A stretch of DNA of 32,000 bases from Desulfobulbus propionicus DSM 2032 (GCF_000186885.1 NC_014972.1:3120001-3152000); one strand, 5' to 3'; positions 16,672 through 26,417 are shown, counted from the first letter of the stretch. The notes: generated from the sequence alone by a model not told the origin. Made by a program: numbers and translations.

Positions 16672-19223
16672 ACTATCCGGTCTGGCAGCTCGATGCTTTC
16701 GGCGGCGGCCTGTGGATCATCCTCATTGCCGTGTTCCATGTCTACATCGCCCACTTCGCCGTGGGCGGCGGCCTGTTCCTGGTGCTGGCCGAGCGCAAGG
16801 CCGAGCGGGAACACAACCCGGCGATCCTCGAGTATGTTCGCCGGCATGCGCGTTTCTTTCTCGTACTCACCATGGTGGCCGGCTCGATCACCGGGGTGGG
16901 CATCTGGTTCATCATCGCCCTGCTCAACCCAGCAGCCACCTCGATCCTCATCCACACCTTTGTCTTTGCCTGGGCCTCGGAATGGGTGTTCTTCCTGCTG
17001 GAAATCGTCTCCCTGTTCCTCTATGCCTATACCTTCGGACGGCTGCACCCCTCCCGCCATCGGGTGCTCGGCTGGATCTATTTCGGCTCAGCCTGGATGT
17101 CGCTGTTCCTGATCAACGGCATCATCGGCTTCATGCTCACGCCCGGAGACTGGCCGCAAACCGGCAGTTTCTGGTCCGGATTCTTCAACCCGAGCTTCTG
17201 GCCCTCGCTCTTCTTCCGCACCTTTTTGGCCCTGATCATCGCCGGCCTGTTCGGCCTGCTGACCGCCACCTGGATCAAGGACGCCAACCTGCGCACCACC
17301 ATGGTTCGTTTCTGCGCCCGCTGGCTGCTGGTTCCCTTCGTGCTCTTTGCCACCTCCGCCTTCTGGTATCGGGCCGCCCTGCCGCCCGAACTAGAGGAAA
17401 CGATGTTTACCCGCATGCCGTCGATGCGCCCCTTCATCGACGGCTTTCTCCTCGGCTCGCCGCTGCTGGTGCTCGGCGGCCTACTGCTGATCCTCCGCCT
17501 GCCCGTCGGGCTGAGCAAGGTACTGGCCGTGGGGTTGTTGCTGGTCGGCCAGCTCTACATCGGCTGCTTCGAATTCATCCGTGAGGGCGGCCGCCGACCG
17601 GACATCATTCGTGGGGTCATGTATTCAACCTCCATCCAGCACAAGGACATCGCCCGCCTGCAGCGGGACGGCCTGCTGCAAACAGCCAAATGGGTGCGCC
17701 ACCGAAAAATCACCGCCGACAACAAACTGGCTGCCGGCCGGGAGCTGTACAACCTGCTCTGCCTCTCCTGCCATAGCATCGGCGGACCGGTGCGGGACAT
17801 CAAACCGCTGGCCGCGCCGTTCACCCCGAGCGGCTTGGAGGCCATGATCAGCGGCATGGATCTATTCTCCCCTTCCATGCCGCCCTTTGCCGGCACCGCC
17901 GAGGAACGGGCCGCCCTCGCCGCCTTCATCGCCCATGGGCTCAACGGCCGCAGCGACCCCGCCTCGCCAACCCTGCCGGAAAAAAAGGTGACGCCGCCTC
18001 CTTTCTATCCCGAGCAGAGCCCATTTGTGCTGCTCGCCTGGAGCACCTTGGGCATGCGCTATGTCGGCGAAGTCAGCGGCCTGCTGTCACTGCTGCCCCC
18101 AGGCAACGGCCTGCGGGCCCAGCTGATTCGGCGCGGCGAAACGCCGGAAATCGTCAACCAAGGCGTCACCCTCACCTACCGGGTGGACAAAACACAGGAC
18201 GGCGTAGCCCAACGAGATGACTTGACCGGAGAAATGGTCATCGAGGAGGATGTATTCGTGGCCGATGACCTTCGACTGCTGCCCACCGAGCGACCGGATT
18301 TCGACCCCTACCCGGTGGTCACCATCGAGGCGCGGGACGAAAACGACACCCTGTTGGCCACCACTGAGATGGTGGCGCCGGTGTCCACCGAAATCGGCTG
18401 CAGTAACTGCCACGGCGGCCAACCCGGCAATCGCGCCGGCCTCACCCGAATGACCGCCCTCAACATCCTCCAGGCTCACGACCGGTTGAGCCACACCCAG
18501 TTGCTGGCCGCCACCAGGGACGGCCAAGCGGTCCGCTGTCAGAACTGCCACGGCGATCCCCTGGTCGAGGCCGGGGGCGATCCTGCCCGGCTCAACCTCT
18601 CCGCCGCCATCCACGGGTTCCACGCCCCTTACCTCAGGGGCAAAGGCGCGGAAGCCTGCGCCCTCTGCCATCCCTCCTCGCCCACCGGCGCCACCAGGAG
18701 TTTGCGCGACATCCATGCCGCCCTGGGCATGGATTGCACCAACTGCCATGGCTCCATCGAGGATCTTGCCCTGGGGCTGCTACAACAGGAACGAAAGAGA
18801 GGCACGACGCGGGCCGTCGCCCTCATGTCCCACCTCGCGCCACGATCCGTGGCGGATAGGGAGCAGGTCGCCCCGCGCGTCCCCTGGAGCAACCAGCCCG
18901 ATTGTTTGCACTGCCATGTCGAGTACCAGGCTCCGGCAAGCGATACCCTGGCCAACACCTGGACCAAGGACGAACAGGCGCTGTACCGCAACCGCACCGA
19001 CGACAGCGGCCGCCTGTTCTGCGCCGCCTGCCACTCCAGTCCGCATGCGGTCTATCCGGCCGTCAATGCCCACGGCCCCGGGCTGGATGTCCTCCAGCCG
19101 TTGCAGTACCAGCGCAACCGGTTACCCCTGGGAGCAAATCGCCACTGCGCGGTCTGCCACACCGTGGCCATGGAGGACGAAATGCACCACCCCAACAGCC
19201 TGCGTGATTTTCGCAATGAATAG
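16668..19223 (+). CDS. Fusion protein: CydA-like membrane domain + mono-heme cytochrome c domain + seven-heme cytochrome c domain (8 CXXCH)
   Basis: FHVYIAHFAVGGGLFLVLAERKA and WASEWVFFLLEIVSLFLYAYTFGRL are CydA-like. CXXCH motifs: CLSCH (17760..17774), CSNCH (18399..18413), CQNCH, CALCH, CTNCH, CLHCH, CAACH, CAVCH (19146..19160). The start overlaps the upstream stop (ATGA). Confidence 0.88.
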   Translation: MNYPVWQLDAFGGGLWIILIAVFHVYIAHFAVGGGLFLVLAERKAEREHNPAILEYVRRHARFFLVLTMVAGSITGVGIWFIIALLNPAATSILIHTFVFAWASEWVFFLLEIVSLFLYAYTFGRLHPSRHRVLGWIYFGSAWMSLFLINGIIGFMLTPGDWPQTGSFWSGFFNPSFWPSLFFRTFLALIIAGLFGLLTATWIKDANLRTTMVRFCARWLLVPFVLFATSAFWYRAALPPELEETMFTRMPSMRPFIDGFLLGSPLLVLGGLLLILRLPVGLSKVLAVGLLLVGQLYIGCFEFIREGGRRPDIIRGVMYSTSIQHKDIARLQRDGLLQTAKWVRHRKITADNKLAAGRELYNLLCLSCHSIGGPVRDIKPLAAPFTPSGLEAMISGMDLFSPSMPPFAGTAEERAALAAFIAHGLNGRSDPASPTLPEKKVTPPPFYPEQSPFVLLAWSTLGMRYVGEVSGLLSLLPPGNGLRAQLIRRGETPEIVNQGVTLTYRVDKTQDGVAQRDDLTGEMVIEEDVFVADDLRLLPTERPDFDPYPVVTIEARDENDTLLATTEMVAPVSTEIGCSNCHGGQPGNRAGLTRMTALNILQAHDRLSHTQLLAATRDGQAVRCQNCHGDPLVEAGGDPARLNLSAAIHGFHAPYLRGKGAEACALCHPSSPTGATRSLRDIHAALGMDCTNCHGSIEDLALGLLQQERKRGTTRAVALMSHLAPRSVADREQVAPRVPWSNQPDCLHCHVEYQAPASDTLANTWTKDEQALYRNRTDDSGRLFCAACHSSPHAVYPAVNAHGPGLDVLQPLQYQRNRLPLGANRHCAVCHTVAMEDEMHHPNSLRDFRNE

Positions 19224-19280
19224 CCACAAGAAGGCATTTGGGCGGAGCGGCATGCTCCTGTTCTTTGAGGATCAACACCG

Positions 19281-19874
19281 ATGTTGCTGCTGATCATTTT
19301 GTGGGTGGGATGGTGCGCGGTGCACAGCCTGCTGATCACCGCCACGGTCAGGCGGTGGGTTGAACACAGGGGCGGCCTTTGGCTAGGGCTGTACCGGATC
19401 GGCTATGTGGTTGCCGCCCTCGGCACCCTGCTGCCGCTGTTGTGGTACACGGCCCATCTGCCGCAGCATCCCTTCGGTCCAGTGCCCCTGTGGCTGCGGG
19501 GTGTGCAAGGACTGCTGTTCCTTTATGCCTTGGTCCTGTTCGGCGGTGGCCTGCGGGTCTACGACCTGCAAACCTTCCTCGGCCTCGCCCAATGGCGCGC
19601 GTACCGGGCAGGGCAGGCCAGTCCGCCGCCGACCTTCCAGGCACGCGGCATCCTCCGCGTTGTCCGCCACCCCTGGTACAGCGGCGGTTTCGCCCTGCTC
19701 TGGGCCCTGCCGGAACTGACCGATGTCACCCTGGTCAGCCGCGCCATCCTCTCTGTCTATCTCGTCATTGGCGCGTTGCTGGAGGAACGCAAAATGCGGG
19801 CACTCCTCGGCGAGCCTTACCGCGCCTATTGCCGGAACGTGCCGATGTTCATCCCCTGGAAGTTCGGCCGCTGA
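19281..19874 (+). CDS. NnrU / isoprenylcysteine carboxyl methyltransferase-like membrane protein
   Basis: Hydrophobic protein with the conserved GILRVVRHPWYSGGFALLWA...LVIGALLEERKMRALLGEPYRAYCRNVPMFIPW block. Confidence 0.8.
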   Translation: MLLLIILWVGWCAVHSLLITATVRRWVEHRGGLWLGLYRIGYVVAALGTLLPLLWYTAHLPQHPFGPVPLWLRGVQGLLFLYALVLFGGGLRVYDLQTFLGLAQWRAYRAGQASPPPTFQARGILRVVRHPWYSGGFALLWALPELTDVTLVSRAILSVYLVIGALLEERKMRALLGEPYRAYCRNVPMFIPWKFGR

Positions 19875-19880
19875 AGGCGG

Positions 19881-20528
19881 TTACTCGGCCTCCCCGAGCA
19901 GTGCCCGCCAGCGGCGAATATTGGCCTCGTTCAGTTGCCGTTCTTCCTTTTCACTCAGAAACCGGCCCAGCGGTCGTAAATCGCCGGCATCCTCGATCCT
20001 GCCGAAGGACATGTTGGCCCCGGTGTGCATCCAGGCGTCGCCAAAGGGAAAGAGGCGAAAGGCGGTGAGCAGGCCGACCGCATCTCCCTGTTGTGGCAAG
20101 GACTGGTCGAGGATGAACAGCTCCTCGCCGGTGATCACATCAAGCGCCACCACGCCGCCTGCCGGGACGATCTCCCTGAGCCAGAAGACCGAAAACCGGG
20201 CCTGGATCATACCTTCCAGGAGCATGCGCTCATCGCTCCCCTGGGGATAGAGCTTGCGGTTGAGCAGCTGCCGCACCAGGCTGAATCCACGCGGCCGATA
20301 CATGTAGAGCAGATAGTCCTGAAAGACATCCATCTCCAGTTCGTGCTCGAAACCGATGACGAATTTTCCGTTCTGTTTGCTGAACATGCCCAGCCGCTTG
20401 CCGCAGGCCCGAATGGCCTCCTTGCCGGCCAGTTTGGCCGCGCGGGCATGGAGCACGGGCATCAGCGGCCACAGTCGTTTATACTCGGCCACCAGGTCTT
20501 CAAGATTGTCGGGGATGATTGACGGCAC
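19881..20528 (-). CDS. Hypothetical protein
   Basis: Complete 215-aa ORF with good coding character, convergent with the upstream gene; no family recognised. Confidence 0.7.
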   Translation of the reverse strand: MPSIIPDNLEDLVAEYKRLWPLMPVLHARAAKLAGKEAIRACGKRLGMFSKQNGKFVIGFEHELEMDVFQDYLLYMYRPRGFSLVRQLLNRKLYPQGSDERMLLEGMIQARFSVFWLREIVPAGGVVALDVITGEELFILDQSLPQQGDAVGLLTAFRLFPFGDAWMHTGANMSFGRIEDAGDLRPLGRFLSEKEERQLNEANIRRWRALLGEAE

Positions 20529-20738
20529 GACCTTGCTCCTCTATTGGGACATAGGGTGATGGTTCTTGCACGCATCGTCAAGGACACGGAGAAAAAACTC
20601 TCCATACCGCGCGGCAGGCGTGCAGTCCACCAAGAACATCACGGTCCGCTGTTTTTCCCGCTCGTTTTGGGGAATGACGGCGGCGAACCCGATGCCCGCT
20701 CCCGTGACAAGACGTTCGTTGTTTGCCGGAAAATATTG

Positions 20739-20744
20739 TATACT
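20739..20744 (+). promoter_or_regulatory. Possible -10 element upstream of the MetY-type gene
   Basis: TATACT inside an AT-rich patch (GGAAAATATTGTATACT); the -35 is weak. Confidence 0.3.
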
Positions 20745-20878
20745 CCCTGGGCAACCACGGATGGGCCGATGCAATGCACGCCCTCCGAAAAACAGAGACA
20801 GACCGTTGCCCGCTCGTTCCCATCGTTCGCCATACCCTCGTTTCTTGCCCGCCAACCCCCATGCAAAGAGGTCGTTCC

Positions 20879-22156
20879 ATGACAGACCAACACCGCCACT
20901 TCGGATTCACCACCCGTCAACTCCATGCCGGCCAGAGCGTTGATCCGGTTACCGGCAGCAGGGCCGTGCCGCTCTACCAAACCACGTCCTACCTGTTCAA
21001 GAACGCCGAGCACGCGGCCAACCTCTTTGCCCTCAAGGAATTCGGCAACATCTACACCCGGATCATGAACCCGACCACCGACGTGCTCGAGCAACGGGTG
21101 ACCGACCTGGAAGGCGGCATTGGCGGGCTGGCGGCCAGCAGCGGCCATGGCGCGCAAACGCTCGCCTTTCTCACCCTGTGCGGCGCCGGCGATCATATCG
21201 TCTCCAGCAGCAGCCTCTACGGCGGCACCTACAACCAGCTGCGCTACACCCTGCCTCGTCTGGGCATCGAGGTCAGCTTTGCCGACCCAAGCGATCCGGA
21301 TTCCTTTGCCCGCGCCATTCGCCCCACCACCCGGCTGATCTATGGCGAGACCCTGGGCAATCCCGGTCTGATCGTCTTTCCCTTCGAGGAGGTCGGGGCC
21401 ATCGCCCGGGCGCACAATCTGCCGCTGATGATCGACAACACCCTGGCCACGCCCTACCTGTGCCGGCCGATCGAATGGGGCGCCCACATCGTCAGCCATT
21501 CCACCACCAAATTCCTCAACGGCCACGGCACCTGCCTGGGCGGCCTGCTGGTCGACAGCGGCACCTTTGACTGGCGTTCCGGCCGGTTCGCCACCTTCAC
21601 CGAACCCGACCCTTCCTATCACGGCCTGGTCTACAGCAGCCTCGGGCCGCCGGCCTTCATCCTCAAGGCACGAGTGCAAATGCTGCGCGATCTGGGCATG
21701 TCCGCCGCGCCCTTCAACAGCTGGCTGACCGTGCAGGGCATCGAAACCTTGAGCCTGCGCATGCAACGGCATGTGGCCAATGCCCTGGCTGTGGCCGAAT
21801 TTCTCCAGCAGCACCGGCAGGTGGCCTGGGTGAGCTATCCGGGGCTGGCCGATCATCCCAGTTACGAGCGGGCACGGCGTTATCTACCCGAGGGCGCGGG
21901 GGCGATTCTCACCTTTGGCATCAAGGGGGGACGAGAGGCGGGTGAACGTTTTATCGACAATCTCAAGCTGTTCAGCCATGTGGCCAATGTCGGCGACGCG
22001 AAAAGCCTGGCCATCCACCCGGCCAGCACCACCCACAGTCAACTGAGCGATGAAGAACTGCGCGGGGCCGGGGTCACGCCGGACATGATCCGCCTGAGCG
22101 TCGGGTTGGAGGATACGGAGGATCTGTTCTGGGATCTGGATCAGGCCCTGGTCTGA
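20879..22156 (+). CDS. metY: O-acetylhomoserine aminocarboxypropyltransferase / cysteine synthase (PLP Cys/Met metabolism family)
   Basis: FTTRQLHAGQSVDPVTGSRAVPLYQTTSYLF, YTRIMNPTTDVLEQRV, SSSLYGGTYNQL, HSTTKFLNGHGTCLGG, NVGDAKSLAIHPASTTHSQL. The track ORF begins upstream (20723) without homology there. Confidence 0.88.
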   Translation: MTDQHRHFGFTTRQLHAGQSVDPVTGSRAVPLYQTTSYLFKNAEHAANLFALKEFGNIYTRIMNPTTDVLEQRVTDLEGGIGGLAASSGHGAQTLAFLTLCGAGDHIVSSSSLYGGTYNQLRYTLPRLGIEVSFADPSDPDSFARAIRPTTRLIYGETLGNPGLIVFPFEEVGAIARAHNLPLMIDNTLATPYLCRPIEWGAHIVSHSTTKFLNGHGTCLGGLLVDSGTFDWRSGRFATFTEPDPSYHGLVYSSLGPPAFILKARVQMLRDLGMSAAPFNSWLTVQGIETLSLRMQRHVANALAVAEFLQQHRQVAWVSYPGLADHPSYERARRYLPEGAGAILTFGIKGGREAGERFIDNLKLFSHVANVGDAKSLAIHPASTTHSQLSDEELRGAGVTPDMIRLSVGLEDTEDLFWDLDQALV

Positions 22157-22181
22157 GCCAAAGACGGCAGCGGGAACACGA

Positions 22182-23144
22182 TCACGGCACGGTCGACTGC
22201 CCGGAAGCGCCACTGGTGCAGTCGGTCGAGACCTGGCAGCCATCGCCGCCGTCCAATCCGGGGATGCCGGACGGGGGTGCGGTCCCAGGCAAAACGCTGG
22301 ACTGACCGCTTGCCGGCGTGCTTTCCGGGGTGCCGAGATAGGCCAGAATGGCGGCTTCTCCCCTGCGGATCGTCCACCCTTCCGGGGTTCTGGTCATCAG
22401 CACGGGAATTTCCTCGATCCCCAGGGCGGTCAGCAGGTTTTTGTTCAGGGAAGGCGAATAACCGGCATTGACGATCACCTGCGGCAGGTCGATGGAGGTG
22501 ACCTGGTCGATGGGGTTGAAGGCCACGGTGGCCCGGCCGTTGGTTTTCAGCGAGGCGATCACCCGTTCACAGTGGTCACAGGTGGAGGCATAGAACAGAT
22601 AGTGCTGGGGGTACTTCAGCAGTCCCGGACGGCTGGCGAACACGCCGGCGGTGAAGGCCTGTTCGCCGTTGACAGGGTTGCGGGCGAGGTCCAGACTGGC
22701 AAAGGCCAGCGCCGCGGTGGCGAAGACCAGAAATCCGGGCACGATCTGTTTCCAGCCAAGCAGCAGGTTAAGCAGCACCACGAAGGCGAGAATCCCGACA
22801 CAGTAGGCACAGAACGCCTGAGCGACCAGATACTGGAAGCTGACCAGTACCGCCTCCACCCCGAGCCCGGCCAGCAGGACCGTGCGAATAAACTGCGGCA
22901 GCCGCCGCATCTCTCCCCGGGCTGAACGCAGCCCCCAATACACCAGCTGGAAGAAGAACAGTCCCACCCCATTGAATACCAAGGGCGAAACCCGGGTCAA
23001 CTTTTCCACCACCTTGCAGCCGCCATTGAGGCACAGGGGCGATCCCTGATAGAGGGTGTAACCGATCTGCCCGACAATCAGCAGACTGGCGACAAGGGCC
23101 AAAAACTGGCCCAGTTGGAGCGCGGCGTTTTTTCTCTTCAGCAT
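22182..23144 (-). CDS. Vitamin K epoxide reductase (VKOR)-like protein fused to a thioredoxin-like domain
   Basis: C-x4-C (PLCLNGGCKVV), AQAFCAYCVGILAFVVLLNLL, and thioredoxin-like YLFYASTCDHCERVIASL. Confidence 0.85.
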   Translation of the reverse strand: MLKRKNAALQLGQFLALVASLLIVGQIGYTLYQGSPLCLNGGCKVVEKLTRVSPLVFNGVGLFFFQLVYWGLRSARGEMRRLPQFIRTVLLAGLGVEAVLVSFQYLVAQAFCAYCVGILAFVVLLNLLLGWKQIVPGFLVFATAALAFASLDLARNPVNGEQAFTAGVFASRPGLLKYPQHYLFYASTCDHCERVIASLKTNGRATVAFNPIDQVTSIDLPQVIVNAGYSPSLNKNLLTALGIEEIPVLMTRTPEGWTIRRGEAAILAYLGTPESTPASGQSSVLPGTAPPSGIPGLDGGDGCQVSTDCTSGASGQSTVP

Positions 23145-23324
23145 GGGGTACCGGAGGTTGGACTGGCAGCATGCGGCCGGATTCCCGCAGGTGCGGGCAA
23201 GGCCAATGGTGTGTGCAAAGATCGCCTATAATGAACCATTCTCCCCTTTGTGTCAACCTCACTGAAGAGAAGAACGAAACGACGGAGAATTATGAAGCAG
23301 GTTCCCGCAACGGGCAGAGAAGGC

Positions 23325-24212
23325 TCACCGGGACGGGACTGCGTGGAGAACACGCCGGTACAGCGCTTCGGCCTGATAGGAACTACGGACAAAGGGGGCC
23401 GAAGCCACGGCCTTCAGTCCCATGGCCAGGGCCTGCTGTTCCAGGAGGGCAAACTCCGAAGGCGGCAGATAGCGGACCACCTCCAGATGGGCGCGCGAGG
23501 GCTGAAGATACTGGCCGATGGTGAGGATATCGCAACCGGCACGGGTGAGATCGGCAAAGAGTTGGCCCAACTCCACCTCTGTCTCCCCCAGCCCGACCAT
23601 GATGCCGCACTTGGTCACCATGCTCGATGCCATGGTTTTAGCCCGCTGCAGGACGGCAAGGCTCTGCTGATAGTCGGCCTGGGGCCGGACCGTTGGGTAG
23701 AGGCGTACCACGGTTTCCAGGTTGTGGTTGAGCACCTCCGGCCGGGCTTCGACCACGGTTTGCAGCGCCTGGTGATTGCCCTGGAAATCGGGAATCAGCA
23801 CCTCGATCAGGGTGTGCGGGTTGCGTTCCCGGATGGCCCGAATGGCGGCGGCAAAATGGCCGGCGCCGCCGTCGGCCAGATCATCGCGGGTGACCGAGGT
23901 GAGCACGCAGTAGCTGAGCCCCATGGTCTCCACCGCCTCGGCCACCCGGGCCGGTTCGTCCGGGTCGGGTGGCGATTGAGGCCCATGGCCGACGGCGCAG
24001 AAGCGGCAGTTGCGGCTGCAGCGGTCGCCGAGCAGCATGAAGGTGGCGGTGCCCTGACCGAAACACTCGAACTGGTTGGGACACATCGCCTCCTGACAGA
24101 CCGTGCTCAGGCACTGGTTCTTGATCAGGGAGCGGATGCGTTCGTACTGGGGGCCGCTGGGCAGCCGGCGCCGCAGCCAGGGGGGTTTCGGTTGGATCGG
24201 TTCGGTGGTCAT
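23325..24212 (-). CDS. lipA: Lipoyl synthase
   Basis: CxxxxxC (CQEAMCPNQFEC), radical-SAM CSRNCRFCAV, TSVTRDDLADGGAGHFAAAI, GLGETEVE, GQYLQPSRAHLEVVRY. Confidence 0.97.
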   Translation of the reverse strand: MTTEPIQPKPPWLRRRLPSGPQYERIRSLIKNQCLSTVCQEAMCPNQFECFGQGTATFMLLGDRCSRNCRFCAVGHGPQSPPDPDEPARVAEAVETMGLSYCVLTSVTRDDLADGGAGHFAAAIRAIRERNPHTLIEVLIPDFQGNHQALQTVVEARPEVLNHNLETVVRLYPTVRPQADYQQSLAVLQRAKTMASSMVTKCGIMVGLGETEVELGQLFADLTRAGCDILTIGQYLQPSRAHLEVVRYLPPSEFALLEQQALAMGLKAVASAPFVRSSYQAEALYRRVLHAVPSR

Positions 24213-24913
24213 GGACGGGGTTGGATGCAGGGGAATGTGGCCATCAGATCATCAATGGCGAGCGATTGGACTTCCACAGCAAACAGTTCAGCCAGATGAC
24301 GACGCAGGCACACCTTGACCCGGTCGAGGCTACAGCCGCTGGCCCCTTCCGCTGCGAGCGAGGTCATGGTCACGCCGGTAAGACCGCACGGGTTGATCCA
24401 ACGGAAGGGTTCCAGATCAAGGTCGACATTGAGGGCCAGGCCATGGAAGGCCACCCCATGGCGGACGGCGATGCCGATGCTGCCCAGCTTGCGGTCGCTC
24501 ACCCAAATGCCGTGGTTGCGGCAGTCGCGTCCGGCCCCAATACCGCAGTCGGCGGCGATGCGCAGCATCAGCTCTTCCAGCAGCTGGACGTAGTCGCTGA
24601 CGCCGAGGCGTCGCTGCCGCAGGCTGATGATCGGGTAGAGCACCAGTTGCCCGGGCCCGTGAAAGGTGATCTCGCCGCCCCGTTCAATCGGGACCACGTC
24701 AATCCCTCGCTGCCGCAGAAACGGTTCGCTCACCCCCAGATGCGTCCGGTCGCCGTGGCGGCCGAGGGTGAACACCGGCGGATGTTCGACACAGAGAAAG
24801 CAGTCCCGCGCCAGCTCACCCCGATGCCGCCGCGCCGCCAGCTCGACCTGGAGGCCATGCACGGCCGCATAGGCCATCAGGCCCAGATCGCAGAAGGCGG
24901 CGGACATCGACAT
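24209..24913 (-). CDS. lipB: Octanoyltransferase
   Basis: LCVEHPPVFTLGRHG, RGGEITFHGPGQLVLYPII, GIWVSDRKLGSIGIAVRHGVAFHGLALNV, FRWINPCGL. Start is 24913 or 24907; the track ORF to 25090 overlaps gcvPB. Confidence 0.95.
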   Translation of the reverse strand: MSMSAAFCDLGLMAYAAVHGLQVELAARRHRGELARDCFLCVEHPPVFTLGRHGDRTHLGVSEPFLRQRGIDVVPIERGGEITFHGPGQLVLYPIISLRQRRLGVSDYVQLLEELMLRIAADCGIGAGRDCRNHGIWVSDRKLGSIGIAVRHGVAFHGLALNVDLDLEPFRWINPCGLTGVTMTSLAAEGASGCSLDRVKVCLRRHLAELFAVEVQSLAIDDLMATFPCIQPRP

Positions 24914-24929
24914 AAAACAACAGCGAAGA

Positions 24930-26417
24930 TCAGTTGTCTGACGGCCCGACCAAACAGGGGCAACGGGCCGCCTGCACCTCGTCAAGCCGCCGCACCTTGG
25001 TCCGCTGCGGGGCCTGACGGAGCAGATCGGGCTGTTCGGCCGCCTCACGAACGATGGTCCGGAGGGTGGCGATGAACTGGTCGATGTCATCCTTGCACTC
25101 GGTTTCGGTGGGCTCGATCATCAGCGCCCCGTGCACCACCAGCGGAAAGTAGATGGTCGGCGGATGATAGCCGTAGTCGATCAGCCGCTTGGCCATGTCC
25201 AGGGTGGTGATCTTGCGCTCCTGCTGGTTGCGGTCGGAGAAGACGCACTCGTGCATGCAGGGCCGGTCATAGGGCAGATGAAGGACATCCTTCAGCTGCT
25301 CCTTGATGTAGTTGGCATTGAGCACCGCCAGTTGGCTGGCCCGCTTCAACCCGGCCTCGCCCATGGTGAGGATGTAGCTGTAGGCCCGCACCAGCACCCC
25401 GTAGTTGCCGTGAAAGGCATGCACCCGGCCCACCGACAGCGGCCGGTCGCTGTCCAGCCGGTAGTGTTCTCCCTCCTTGACCACCCGGGGCACGGGCAGG
25501 AAGGGCTCCAGTTCGCGGGTGACGCAAACCGGCCCAGCCCCCGGCCCACCACCGCCGTGCGGGGTGGAGAAGGTCTTGTGCAGGTTGAGGTGGAGGACGT
25601 CGATGCCGCAGCGCCCCGCGTCGATCACCCCCAGCACCGCGTTCATGTTGGCGCCATCGCCGTAGACCAGGCCGCCCTTGGCGTGGACGATCTCGGCGAT
25701 CTCGCGGATGCGCTCCTCAAACAGCCCCAGGGTGTTGGGGTTGGTGAGCATGATGCCGGCGGTATCCTCGTCCATCAGCGAGGCCACCAGGGCCGGATCG
25801 AGCATGCCCTGGTCGTCCGACTTGACCGGCACGGCCTTGTAGCCGCACAGGGCCGCCGAGGCCGGATTGGTGCCGTGGGCCGTATCCGGGATGAGGATCT
25901 TGTGGCGCTGACCGCCGCGACTGCGATGATAGGCATGGAAGATCAGCATGCCGGTCAGTTCGCCGTGTGCCCCGGCCGCCGGTTGCAAGGAGACCGCATC
26001 CAGGCCGGTGATGATCGCCAGGAACTGCTGCAACTCATGGAGCAGCCGCAGGGTGCCCTGGCAGAGTTCGTCGGCCAGCATTGGGTGAGCGCTGGCGATG
26101 GCCGGCGTGGCCGCCTGGCGCTCATTGGTCTTGGGGTTGTACTTCATGGTGCAGGAGCCGAGCGGGTACATGCCCGTGTCCACGCCGAAATTCCATTGCG
26201 ACAGCCGGGTGTAGTGGCGGACCACATCGACCTCGCTCAGATCCGGAAAATCCACCGGTGCACCGAGCAGCGCCTCGTCGATGGCGGCAGCCGGGACATC
26301 GCTCTCGGGAATCGACATCCCGATCCGCCCCTTCTTGCCCTTGTGCCACAACAGCGGCTCGTTGAGGATCAGCCCGCCGGTCCCCAGGGATTCGCCGGTC
26401 TTCTCGATTGTGCTCAT
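24930..26417 (-). CDS. gcvPB: Glycine dehydrogenase (decarboxylating) subunit 2
   Basis: YTRLSQWNFGVDTGMYPLGSCTMKYNPK, LQPAAGAHGELTG, PDTAHGTNPASA, HLNLHKTFSTPHGGGGPGAGP. The track ORF is over-extended to 27650. Confidence 0.96.
   Translation of the reverse strand: MSTIEKTGESLGTGGLILNEPLLWHKGKKGRIGMSIPESDVPAAAIDEALLGAPVDFPDLSEVDVVRHYTRLSQWNFGVDTGMYPLGSCTMKYNPKTNERQAATPAIASAHPMLADELCQGTLRLLHELQQFLAIITGLDAVSLQPAAGAHGELTGMLIFHAYHRSRGGQRHKILIPDTAHGTNPASAALCGYKAVPVKSDDQGMLDPALVASLMDEDTAGIMLTNPNTLGLFEERIREIAEIVHAKGGLVYGDGANMNAVLGVIDAGRCGIDVLHLNLHKTFSTPHGGGGPGAGPVCVTRELEPFLPVPRVVKEGEHYRLDSDRPLSVGRVHAFHGNYGVLVRAYSYILTMGEAGLKRASQLAVLNANYIKEQLKDVLHLPYDRPCMHECVFSDRNQQERKITTLDMAKRLIDYGYHPPTIYFPLVVHGALMIEPTETECKDDIDQFIATLRTIVREAAEQPDLLRQAPQRTKVRRLDEVQAARCPCLVGPSDN

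Noticed and set aside
23250-24299. 349-aa plus-strand ORF
   Set aside because: Antisense shadow of lipA.
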